Under the pieces are notes generated by a model that was not told the origin of the DNA, did no database searches, and worked only from the letters and a program-made list of their open reading frames with translations. From a virus (lineage: Duplodnaviria > Caudoviricetes): a stretch of 57,497 nt of DNA. The first letter of the stretch is position 1. The number at the start of each line of letters is the position of its first letter. The position numbers and the translations under genes were made by a program. Where the stretch lies: positions 1 to 57,497 of IMG/VR virus record IMGVR_UViG_3300016474_000496; one strand, given 5' to 3'. Positions 19,057-27,196 of this stretch are shown one piece after another.

Positions 19057-22002
19057 CTATCGGCGCTTATGGCCTTTGAACAACAGCTCATCAGCCATGA
19101 GCGTGGGGTTAGTTTCGATTTTGACTGCGCCGCCCTTCTTGAGCTTGTTCTTTTTCAGGAACTCCTGAGCAGGCTCGCGAATCATCTCGTAAAAGTCACG
19201 CAGCTCGGCGTTGGGAGCCACGGCGTTAGCGCCCAGGTCTAACCGCTGCCGGCCCGCGCCCTGAGCGGCTCGCCGTTCGAGCAGCAACAACGGGGCCGCC
19301 TCACCGAGGAGGTCTTGCAGGTCCACCGCACCCGACTCAAACGCCGCCGCAAACGCCGGGTCGCGCCGCACGCGGTCAAACCGACCGAGTCGGCCCGCGT
19401 TTTGAAGCTCCAACTCGGCTTTTTCAAAAAGATCTTTGTCGTAAACGCGGCGCGGCACGTCGGTCTCAAAGAAGCTGTACGCCGTGGAGGCTCGACCACC
19501 TCCGGTCGAAGGGGGTGAAGCGATGAAGGTCTTCAGCGTCCGGGGCCACGCACCCCGCTCATAGTCGGCGTAAAACGCCACGTCATCCGCGCTGGGCGAA
19601 ACCCGCAGCCCGCTGACGTCGCTCGGGTGAGTGTGGAAGTCCACAATGGCGCGACGCTGCGGGTCGCTGACCGCTCGGCTGACGTCCGCCGCACTGGGGA
19701 TGACTCGCGTGCGGTTGCCCGAGGTAACAACCTCGCCTGGGACGCCGGCTTCGGTCAACCCCACGACGGAATGCTCGTGGCCGGTGCGGTATGCGCGGCG
19801 GAGCGCCTCCCGAGCAGCAGCAGACTGCGCGGGGGCTTCGGTTCTCAACAGCTCGCGCAACGCAGCCGCTGCCCCGGCGGGGCGCTTCACGGCCCCCACT
19901 GCGCCCGCCACCGGCGGAAACGCCCCGAGGGCTTGCGCCAGTCGGAACAACTCGCTGGGGTTGGTGGGTTCGGCGGGTTTCTCGCCCATGAACCCGCGCA
20001 CCACGTCGCTCAACGCTCCGGCGGAACCCTCGCCGTAACCGGGAAGGTCTGACGCCCGACGCTTAGGGGGTTTGCCGCCCTCGTTCATGCGCACCGCACC
20101 ACCGGCGGCGTAGCCTTCTGGGCTACTAGGCGGTAGGTTTGTCCTGCCGTATTTGTCTAAAAGATCGCCGAGTTGGCGTTGCGTGACGAACTCGGGCGCG
20201 GTTACATTCGCGGCTCGAAGGTTCATACCTAGGTCGCTGTCTGGATGAATACGGACGATACCGTAAAGATCAAGATCTTTTACTTTACCCCACTTGCCGC
20301 TGTTCAAGAATTTTAGAACAGCGTTTTCGACCTTGCGGAAATATTCTGGATCGCGCTTGCCGTACTCTTGGGCGCGTTCGCTTTTGAAACTATTGCCGAC
20401 CGGTTTTAATTCGGTGATGTCGGGCGGCTCTTTAGGTTGGCTCGCCAAGACATTTTGATATTTCTTGTACACGTTTGGCGCGTGCTCTTGCAACCACTCT
20501 AAAGCGTCTTTTAATTCGGGCGGTCCGCCTGAATCTGTGCCAAAGTGTGCGTCCCAAGCAGCTTCTTGTGCTGGCGTTAGGTCGTCAATGACGGCGTCGA
20601 ATGCGCCGGTATCGTCGACAATCGATGTGATTTTCGCCTGCGCGTGTGGGCGACCTTCGGTGTCTACGAGCGCGGTCAGTCGGTTCTCGCCCGAGCCGTA
20701 GCTCTTGGCGGCCCACTCAGCTTGCGTGCACCAGCCGCCTGCTTTGCCGATGGAGCTGCACAGTTTCATACCTTTGTCAGTCACTGTCTCGGGGATGTCC
20801 ACCCAAGCACCGCCGGGTTTATCGACAAACGACAACTGAAACGAATCGTCCGCCATGCGCGGGGTTGCTTGAAGGTTTCCCAGCATCCCGGCCCTCTCAG
20901 CTTTGATAGCCTCCTCGGCTCGCCACTTGTTGATCTTGTCGACCAGCTCGACAGCCTGCGGCACCGTGACCTTCTGTAACTTCTCGGGGCTTAGCTGCAG
21001 CGCTCTCGGCAAGTCCGAGTCGGGGCTGGCGGCGTTGGTGAGCTCGTCGATGAGGTGACGGAACCCGGTATGTTCATACAGACGGCTATATGCGCTTTCC
21101 ATGTCATAGACCGGCGTCTTTGGGTCGAGCTTTTCAAGCCAAGGATTACTTTGAACGGTTGGTATGCCGGTGTCAGAGCTCTTTGTGTGTAAAAGTCTCT
21201 GAGGCTCGTCGATTGAGATTGCGCGGTCTGCCACAAACTCCCAGAACTGAGCCTCTGGGCTGACGGCCATACCCTTTTCAGGGAACCCTTGCGAGCTGCG
21301 CATTGCCTGCATGTCCCAGCCCGGCTCACCCAACTCATACATGTTGCGGTGCAGCACCCCGCGCTCAGCCAACGCCCTGACAGGGTCTTCCGGGGTGGCC
21401 ATCTCATTACGAATGTATTTGCCGAGTTTAGTGTCGAGCCAGGTGTTTATCGCGGCTTCTTCCGGACGTAGCAGGTCGTTATAAACTTCGGGGTGGTTCT
21501 TGCGAGTCCACTCGACTAAACCCACCGTTGGGTCTTTCTTGTAAGACTGCTGATACTCCTTGAACAGCTCCCGGCCTGAAGCTGCGTCAATAAGTTCGCC
21601 GGAAATTATTGGCTCGTTTTTCATCGGCTTGAGTGCCCGCTCAATCGAGCCGGCGAGCCAGTTGCCGCCCTTGGGCTTGACGACCCCCAGCGCCCCCAGC
21701 CCGCTCAACGCGGTGGCGGCCTTACCCGCAGCCTGAGCCGCCTCAGGGATGATTGCCGCCGGGGTGGGGGCGTTCATCAACGCCTGAACGGCGCGGTAGC
21801 TGCCAGTGGGGTTGGTCTCGTCGTAGGGCTTCGCGCCCACCACGGCCCGGCCCGCCTCGCCGAGATTGCGCCGCACGTTGAGCAGCGCCTGAGCCGTGGG
21901 GTCTTCAGCGCCCTCGCCGTAACCCTTCAGCTGAGACGCCCGGCGGCGGAGGCGGAGCTCTTCGAGTTCTTCGGGGGTGGGCGGCAGTAGGCTAGGCGGC
22001 AT
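19057..22002 (-). CDS. modular (polyvalent-type) protein with PcfJ-like central region and C-terminal JAB/MPN-like domain
   Basis: GGWCTQ...ALVDTEGRPHAQ (PcfJ-like); HEH...FHTHP...SPSADD (JAB-like); duplicated RRAS.L.GYGEG leader; lies between TerL and portal. Confidence 0.6.
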   Translation of the reverse strand: MPPSLLPPTPEELEELRLRRRASQLKGYGEGAEDPTAQALLNVRRNLGEAGRAVVGAKPYDETNPTGSYRAVQALMNAPTPAAIIPEAAQAAGKAATALSGLGALGVVKPKGGNWLAGSIERALKPMKNEPIISGELIDAASGRELFKEYQQSYKKDPTVGLVEWTRKNHPEVYNDLLRPEEAAINTWLDTKLGKYIRNEMATPEDPVRALAERGVLHRNMYELGEPGWDMQAMRSSQGFPEKGMAVSPEAQFWEFVADRAISIDEPQRLLHTKSSDTGIPTVQSNPWLEKLDPKTPVYDMESAYSRLYEHTGFRHLIDELTNAASPDSDLPRALQLSPEKLQKVTVPQAVELVDKINKWRAEEAIKAERAGMLGNLQATPRMADDSFQLSFVDKPGGAWVDIPETVTDKGMKLCSSIGKAGGWCTQAEWAAKSYGSGENRLTALVDTEGRPHAQAKITSIVDDTGAFDAVIDDLTPAQEAAWDAHFGTDSGGPPELKDALEWLQEHAPNVYKKYQNVLASQPKEPPDITELKPVGNSFKSERAQEYGKRDPEYFRKVENAVLKFLNSGKWGKVKDLDLYGIVRIHPDSDLGMNLRAANVTAPEFVTQRQLGDLLDKYGRTNLPPSSPEGYAAGGAVRMNEGGKPPKRRASDLPGYGEGSAGALSDVVRGFMGEKPAEPTNPSELFRLAQALGAFPPVAGAVGAVKRPAGAAAALRELLRTEAPAQSAAAREALRRAYRTGHEHSVVGLTEAGVPGEVVTSGNRTRVIPSAADVSRAVSDPQRRAIVDFHTHPSDVSGLRVSPSADDVAFYADYERGAWPRTLKTFIASPPSTGGGRASTAYSFFETDVPRRVYDKDLFEKAELELQNAGRLGRFDRVRRDPAFAAAFESGAVDLQDLLGEAAPLLLLERRAAQGAGRQRLDLGANAVAPNAELRDFYEMIREPAQEFLKKNKLKKGGAVKIETNPTLMADELLFKGHKRR

Positions 22003-23461
22003 ATGGGTTCACCCTTGGGCCGGCGTAATCCGGCGAGTCGTTGAGCGCGTCGATGTAATCCTCGGGGTCGTACTCATCACGCGGCGCGGGGTCAATGTTG
22101 AGCCAGCTCGCGTCGCGCAGGTACCGCAGCGCCTGCGAGAAGGCGTCCACAAAGTCATCGTGCGTGGCGTTGGGGAAGCTGCATATCTGCGCGATCATGC
22201 CCTCGGCCCAGTCCCGTACGTAGCCGGCCCGCACGCTTGACTCCGGGACGTAGACCCGGCCCGCACGCACGATGTTGGCCACGATGCTGAGCCGCTGAAC
22301 CTTGTCGGCGTTGCCGGGGTTGTAGGCCCGCACCGGAACGTGCGCCCGCTGAAGGTCTTGAATCAGCACGATGCCCGCCGCTTTATCTTCAACCAGCACG
22401 AGGTCGACCTTCTTGAGGTTGCGGCCCTCGCCGAACACGATTTCATACTCGTCGATGACTTTGGGTTTGAGGTCCGGGTACTGCAACCGGTCTTGCCACG
22501 CGTCAATGATCAGCACGCTCATGGGGCCGTCTTGCGGCTTAAACACCCCGAACGTAATCGACGCTGTGGGGTCGTTTTGAGTCTTCTCCGTGAAGGCGCA
22601 ATCGTAACTTTGTAAGATGAACTCTAGCTTCGGGAGCTCTTTCTCCGCCGGCCAGAGCCTGAACCAGTCCCGCTTGACGATGCCTGACTCTTCGGGGTCA
22701 ATAACCTCGGCGTAAATCTCTTGCCTGCCGAGGTTGGTGCCCTCGTAAGCGAGGATCTGCGAGCGAAAGTTGTCGCTCAGGTTGTCGACGTTAGTGTAAG
22801 TGCTGGCCGTTGTGAGCGTGACGTCCGCGCCGTCCCGGCCAATGAGGTCAACAATCAGGTCGCGGGGTTTAGGCGTTGTGGTGATGAGGAGCCGCGACTT
22901 CATGTCGGGCAACTTCAAACGCACACCGAACTGAATCTGATCCCAACTGTCCTGAAGGTACTCCCACGCCGCTAGCTCGTCGCACCACGCACCGTGGAAC
23001 TGCGGCCCCCTGAACCGCTCAGGCTCCGAGGCCGGTATGCCTTTAATCAGCGAGCCATTAGCTAGGCGTAGCTCGTGAAGAGCTTTATTGTAGTCGGTGA
23101 CGAGCGGCTGCGGTATCACGGTGAGCAGCCCCGAGTCGCCCTCGAAGCACGTGCTGCGCACGTCGCTGCTGGTCGGTGCGGCCACCAGCCACCGGGTCTT
23201 CGGGTAGCTCCACGCCCACCAGCCGATTTGCTCGGCGGCGGTGCGGGTCTTGCCCGCGCCACGGCCCGCCAACATCAACCATATTGTCCACCACTCGCCT
23301 TCGGGCAGCAGCTGATGACGATGCGCTTTCGAAAGCCACAGCGCCCGCCATGCCCAGGCGGCTTGCCGCTCGAGGGGTAGCCGCCCGAACTCCTCGCGCA
23401 GCTTTGAGTCTTGCAGCAGTTCGCGGAGCGTTGAGTCAGCCGCGCCCACTGCCGCCCTCAT
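21992..23461 (-). CDS. terL: terminase large subunit
   Basis: Walker A LAGRGAGKT, Walker B WCDE, coupling motif TTTPKP, RNase H-like QSYDCA...HDDFVDA. Confidence 0.95.
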   Translation of the reverse strand: MRAAVGAADSTLRELLQDSKLREEFGRLPLERQAAWAWRALWLSKAHRHQLLPEGEWWTIWLMLAGRGAGKTRTAAEQIGWWAWSYPKTRWLVAAPTSSDVRSTCFEGDSGLLTVIPQPLVTDYNKALHELRLANGSLIKGIPASEPERFRGPQFHGAWCDELAAWEYLQDSWDQIQFGVRLKLPDMKSRLLITTTPKPRDLIVDLIGRDGADVTLTTASTYTNVDNLSDNFRSQILAYEGTNLGRQEIYAEVIDPEESGIVKRDWFRLWPAEKELPKLEFILQSYDCAFTEKTQNDPTASITFGVFKPQDGPMSVLIIDAWQDRLQYPDLKPKVIDEYEIVFGEGRNLKKVDLVLVEDKAAGIVLIQDLQRAHVPVRAYNPGNADKVQRLSIVANIVRAGRVYVPESSVRAGYVRDWAEGMIAQICSFPNATHDDFVDAFSQALRYLRDASWLNIDPAPRDEYDPEDYIDALNDSPDYAGPRVNPYAA

Positions 23462-23909
23462 CGGGCTGACGCCGTTTGAGCTCGATGTTTTTCAGAATCT
23501 CGTCAAACACATTTACCTCAACCCGCAGCGGCCCGTCGTCCGCTCCGGCGTGCTGAATGCGGTGGGTCTCGGCCCAGCGCAGCTGCGTCTTCGACCACCA
23601 AATGGCGCTCGCCGTGTCGCCCTCAACCGCTTTAGTGAAAAGGGTCTTGCCGACTTTGCTGTTGGCGCTCGCCTTACCGAGCAGCAGTTCGCGCTCAAAG
23701 TGCTTGCGCAACGTACTCAGGTCGATTCCGTCCCGGACCAAAATCGCAATCTGATCCTGCGGCAACCCGTAGCCCGAGAGCGTCGCCACCAGCTCCCGCT
23801 CGGTCTTAGTCGGCACGAACGCCGGCCTTCCCGCACCGGGCTGCGCACCCCCCGAGCGGCGCTTCTCGGTCACTGGGGCTTTTTCTTGTTTGGGTTTTTC
23901 TGCTTTCAT
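23436..23909 (-). CDS. terS: terminase small subunit
   Basis: HTH-like LPQDQIA...DLSTLRKHFERELLLG, GDTASAIWWSKT; directly upstream of TerL. Confidence 0.75.
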   Translation of the reverse strand: MKAEKPKQEKAPVTEKRRSGGAQPGAGRPAFVPTKTERELVATLSGYGLPQDQIAILVRDGIDLSTLRKHFERELLLGKASANSKVGKTLFTKAVEGDTASAIWWSKTQLRWAETHRIQHAGADDGPLRVEVNVFDEILKNIELKRRQPDEGGSGRG

Positions 23910-23920
23910 GGTTGCGGCGC

Positions 23921-23950
23921 ATTATAACCCGGTTCTTCTCGGCCCGGCAA
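23921..23950 (-). promoter_or_regulatory. sigma70-like promoter for the packaging/structural arm
   Basis: Minus strand TTGCCG-N18-TATAAT, ending 11 nt before the terS ATG. Confidence 0.6.
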
Positions 23951-23955
23951 CCACC

Positions 23956-24470
23956 GGTTTTGATCGTTCGGTTTTGATCGTTCGGCCGATCGTTCGAACG
24001 TTCACCCCGAACGAACGTTCACCCACGCCGCCGCGCAAGCTCGGGCGTGATCGGTCGGAACGTGCGGAGTCGGTGTTGGGAGCACCTTTAGGTCTCCCAC
24101 ACCGCGCAGCCGATCAGACCGTCAGGGGATTTCGCACAGATTCAACCCATACCGCTCAACCCCCAAACATGACCGCTCAGGCCTCCCCCTCGACCCCCAG
24201 AAGTGATCGTTCGTTCGGTTGGTTTCTTTAAGGGCGATCAAACCGAACGAACGATCACTTTTCGGGTTCCCCGAACGGTCATTTTTCAGCCCCGAACGGT
24301 GCCCCCCTCAACGCCGAGCGGTGAGCCCCGACCGCCAAACGTTTTCTCGCCCCCCGAGCCCAATCGTTCGGCCGATCGTTTGACCGAACGTTCACCCGAA
24401 CGATCACCCGAACGTTCAGGTTCTAGCCACTCATTCAACGCCGCTCAACCGCCCCATTGAACCGTTCAGC
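23956..24470. repeat. non-coding control region with iterated GATCGTTCG / CCGAACG(T/A)TCAC motifs (candidate origin or pac region)
   Basis: GATCGTTCG at 23962, 23976, 23988 and 24205; three tandem 12-mers at 24384-24419; lies between the divergent arms. Confidence 0.7.
24201..24260. repeat. perfect 20-bp inverted repeat with 20-bp spacer
   Basis: AAGTGATCGTTCGTTCGGTT (24201-24220) and AACCGAACGAACGATCACTT (24241-24260). Confidence 0.95.
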
Positions 24471-24486
24471 GGAAACTTGAAGATTT

Positions 24487-24517
24487 TTCAACCCGGCTCG
24501 GGAAAAGTCAGTATAAT
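24487..24517 (+). promoter_or_regulatory. probable early promoter (-10 TATAAT at 24512-24517)
   Basis: Perfect -10 box about 50 nt upstream of the first early gene; -35 box poorly defined. Confidence 0.45.
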
Positions 24518-24568
24518 GACTTCAAGCGCAGCAAATCACAACTCAATAACTTAACTGGAGAACTAAAC

Positions 24569-24925
24569 ATGGAAAAGAAAACATACGAAGTCGAGCTCCG
24601 TCTCACAGGTTTTGTGCGCACTGAGATCGAAGCCGAGAACAAAGATGAAGCTGTCGAACTCGCGATAGAGAAACTCTACGACAGCGACTACCCCAACGCC
24701 GACGATCACGACATCGAAGCTGAATCAATTAAAGCGTGCGACTCGACAGAAAATCTATTCGAAGTCGAGCTGCGTCTGACCAGCTTCGTGCGTATCCAAG
24801 TCGAAGCTGAGAACGCCGAAGCAGCTGCCGAGCTCGCCATCGAAGAGCTTTACGGCAGCGACCATCCCAACGCCCAAGACCACGACATCGAAGTCGAGTC
24901 AATCGAATCCATCGAAGATCGTTGA
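24569..24925 (+). CDS. highly acidic two-repeat early protein
   Basis: Two copies, 58 aa apart, of EVELRLT.FVR..IEAEN...A.ELAIE.LY.SD.PNA.DHDIE; 35 D/E versus 10 K/R; RBS GGAG. Confidence 0.8.
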   Translation: MEKKTYEVELRLTGFVRTEIEAENKDEAVELAIEKLYDSDYPNADDHDIEAESIKACDSTENLFEVELRLTSFVRIQVEAENAEAAAELAIEELYGSDHPNAQDHDIEVESIESIEDR

Positions 24926-24954
24926 AGACTACGCCTAACTCAGGAGCTCACAGC

Positions 24955-25782
24955 ATGAACATTTTTCAAAACGATGATGACCTTGCGATGCTTGAAGCCT
25001 CGCAGCCGCGCTATGCAACAATCAAACCAGCGCCGCAAATTTACAGCCAAAAGTGCGGCAAGTGCGGCGGCTCGGGCATGTACTACGGGCACAGTCGTTT
25101 CGGCCAGCGTTGCTTTGCTTGCAACGGCGCAGGTCACAAGACTTTCAAAAGCAGCCCTGAGGCACGCGCCAAAGCCCGTGAGAAGCGCGTTGAGCGCCAG
25201 CAGCGTGTTCAGCAGGCTAACCTGTCGGTTTTCAAGGCTGATCAGCCTGAAGCCTACGCATGGATGGTCGCTAAGGCTCCCACTTTCGGCTTTGCCGCCT
25301 CGATGCTGCAGGCTCTTCAGCAATACGGTTCATTGACTGCAAACCAGCTTGCAGCCGTGAAGCGCTGCATCGACATCGACGCCCAACGTCAGGCCGAGCG
25401 TGCCCAGCGAGAGCAGCAGCGTGCTGCAGCCCCTGTGATCGCCCTGAACGCCCTTCACAGCGTCCTGCAGAAGCACGCCAAGTTCTACGCTGGCGACCTG
25501 ACCCTGTCCCGCCGCCGTGACGACCAGTTGGTCTGGATCAAGCACGCCAACGCCGAGAAGGTCATCGGCAAGATCGACAGCGGTGTCCTGACCCTGTGGA
25601 ACCGCCCCGGTGTGGACAACAACGAGGTGCGCGGGATGCTCAACGAGTTCGAGGGTGCCCCGCTGCAGGCCGCAATGAAGTACGGCAAGCTGTCTGGCCG
25701 CTGCTGCTCCTGTGGCCGTGAGCTGACAAACGACGGCAGCATCGAGGCTGGCATTGGCCCGATCTGCGCTCAAAAGTTTTAG
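24955..25782 (+). CDS. zinc-finger protein (DnaJ-type CxxCxGxG pair plus DUF6011-like C-terminus)
   Basis: CGKCGGSG...CFACNGAG; C-terminal CCSCGRELT...SIEAGIGPICA; RBS AGGAG. Confidence 0.7.
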   Translation: MNIFQNDDDLAMLEASQPRYATIKPAPQIYSQKCGKCGGSGMYYGHSRFGQRCFACNGAGHKTFKSSPEARAKAREKRVERQQRVQQANLSVFKADQPEAYAWMVAKAPTFGFAASMLQALQQYGSLTANQLAAVKRCIDIDAQRQAERAQREQQRAAAPVIALNALHSVLQKHAKFYAGDLTLSRRRDDQLVWIKHANAEKVIGKIDSGVLTLWNRPGVDNNEVRGMLNEFEGAPLQAAMKYGKLSGRCCSCGRELTNDGSIEAGIGPICAQKF

Positions 25783-25793
25783 TAAAATCACTC

Positions 25794-25809
25794 GGGGGCT
25801 ACGGCCCCC
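25794..25809 (+). promoter_or_regulatory. UNCG-tetraloop G5/C5 hairpin upstream of an RBS
   Basis: GGGGGC-TACG-GCCCCC; no U-tract. Confidence 0.5.
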
Positions 25810-25831
25810 TCAACTCAGGAGAACTCATAAC

Positions 25832-26218
25832 ATGAAACTAGGAACTCAAACCGGAAGCCTCATCAATCACGTTCTTTCGAGCCGCACCACGGGCGAGCCT
25901 CCCTACGCGGGCATGCCCGCAACGCTGCTCGCTTGGTCGGACCGTTACCCCGCGACGGTGGTCGAGGTCAACAACCTGAAGCGGTACATCGTCGTTCAGG
26001 AAGACGACGCCCGACGCATTGACCGCAACGGTCTCGGCGAGCAGCAAGTCTACGAATACACGCCCAACCCCAACGGTCATCGGCGAATTTTCCGTAAAAT
26101 GAAGAACGGTCAGTGGGCTGAGCACTTTGTCAACCCCGAGACTAAGCGCCTCGTAAAGGCCAGCAGCTGCGGGTTGCGGCTGGGGCACCGCGAGAAGTAT
26201 GAAGACCCTTCGTTTTGA
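25832..26218 (+). CDS. hypothetical early protein
   Basis: RBS AGGAG; GMPATLLAWSDRYPATVVEV...LGHREKYEDPSF. Confidence 0.7.
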   Translation: MKLGTQTGSLINHVLSSRTTGEPPYAGMPATLLAWSDRYPATVVEVNNLKRYIVVQEDDARRIDRNGLGEQQVYEYTPNPNGHRRIFRKMKNGQWAEHFVNPETKRLVKASSCGLRLGHREKYEDPSF

Positions 26219-26237
26219 TAACAAAGGAGCAAACAGC

Positions 26238-26438
26238 ATGACGCCCTACCAATCCTTCTCAATCGAAATGGCCGCGCTCGATTTAGCCCACGCAATCAAA
26301 GCACAAAGGGATTGCGTACCCATGGACGAGAAAGCACTACTGGCCACGCTTCAAGACTTGCGCGATGCCTTTATTAGCGTGCGCGATATCTCCGACCGAG
26401 TCGACAAGATTGTTCAAACCCTTGACGAGGAGCAGTAA
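26238..26438 (+). CDS. hypothetical protein
   Basis: RBS AAAGGAG; helical 66 aa. Confidence 0.6.
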   Translation: MTPYQSFSIEMAALDLAHAIKAQRDCVPMDEKALLATLQDLRDAFISVRDISDRVDKIVQTLDEEQ

Positions 26439-26442
26439 TCAC

Positions 26443-26757
26443 ATGCAAAAGAAACGCAACATGCGCGGCGACCCCGGCAGCCTCGATGACGAGCCGAGCT
26501 GCTCACAAGACCCCGCGCACCCTCACGGTTTTGACCGCAACGCTAGCCACAGCGCCGGGCGCTACGTATGCCTTTGCGAAGGGTTCCTGGACGCTTCTGT
26601 AGACGATGGCTCGTTGGCGGTGGTGCGCCAACTGGCGCAACGCGACGACTACGTCATGGTACACGCCACGGAACTGCAAGAGCTGCTCGCTCAGTTGGAC
26701 GAGCTCCGCGACCGAGTTGCGGCGCTCACGCACAGGGAGGAGAAACAAAAATGGTGA
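26443..26757 (+). CDS. hypothetical protein with C/H-rich motif
   Basis: C...PAHPHGFDRNASHSAGRYVCLC plus C-terminal coiled coil; RBS GAGGAG. Confidence 0.55.
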   Translation: MQKKRNMRGDPGSLDDEPSCSQDPAHPHGFDRNASHSAGRYVCLCEGFLDASVDDGSLAVVRQLAQRDDYVMVHATELQELLAQLDELRDRVAALTHREEKQKW

Positions 26758-27005
26758 AAAGTTACGTCGCGGGTCAGACCACGTGGCGACTGCCCGCCGA
26801 AGACCCCCCGCCGCTGGGCGTGAAGATGCTCCTCCTGAACCGAGGGGGCGTATGCGTCATAGGCACTTGGGGCGCGTGGGCGTTGGCCTGGGCACCGTTG
26901 CCGCTCATCCCCGAGCACATAAAAGCGGAGATGCTCCCGGTGGGCTATGCCCCGCAGCCCGAACCCGTTGAGGATTGGAAACTACACGCAGGAGACGCCG
27001 CATGA
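26751..27005 (+). CDS. hypothetical protein
   Basis: RBS GGAGGAG; PPPLGVKMLLLNRGGVCVIGTW...WAPLP. Confidence 0.6.
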   Translation: MVKSYVAGQTTWRLPAEDPPPLGVKMLLLNRGGVCVIGTWGAWALAWAPLPLIPEHIKAEMLPVGYAPQPEPVEDWKLHAGDAA

Positions 27006-27196
27006 ACGCTCTATCAGAACCCGCTCTGTACCAGCTCGCTTTGAAGTTTCAAAACAAACTTCAGCTCGAGATTTTTGAAACCCTACTCAGCATCATGCGT
27101 GATGAGAACACTCCCGCACGCGACCGCTTAAAAGCCGCCGAGCTTTTAACGCGCCATGGTGCTGAAATGCTCAAAACCGCAGGAGGTAAAGTATGA
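27002..27196 (+). CDS. hypothetical protein
   Basis: ATGA overlap; IMRDENTPARDRLKAAELL. Confidence 0.55.
   Translation: MNALSEPALYQLALKFQNKLQLEIFETLLSIMRDENTPARDRLKAAELLTRHGAEMLKTAGGKV

Noticed and set aside
23890-24460. ORFs 23890-24231 and 24203-24460 across the control region
   Set aside because: TTG/GTG starts without a convincing RBS; products are P/R/S/E-rich translations of the DNA repeats.
23956-24470. Repeat cluster as a CRISPR or mini-CRISPR array
   Set aside because: Repeats are 9-20 nt, irregularly spaced, in both orientations, without uniform unique spacers.
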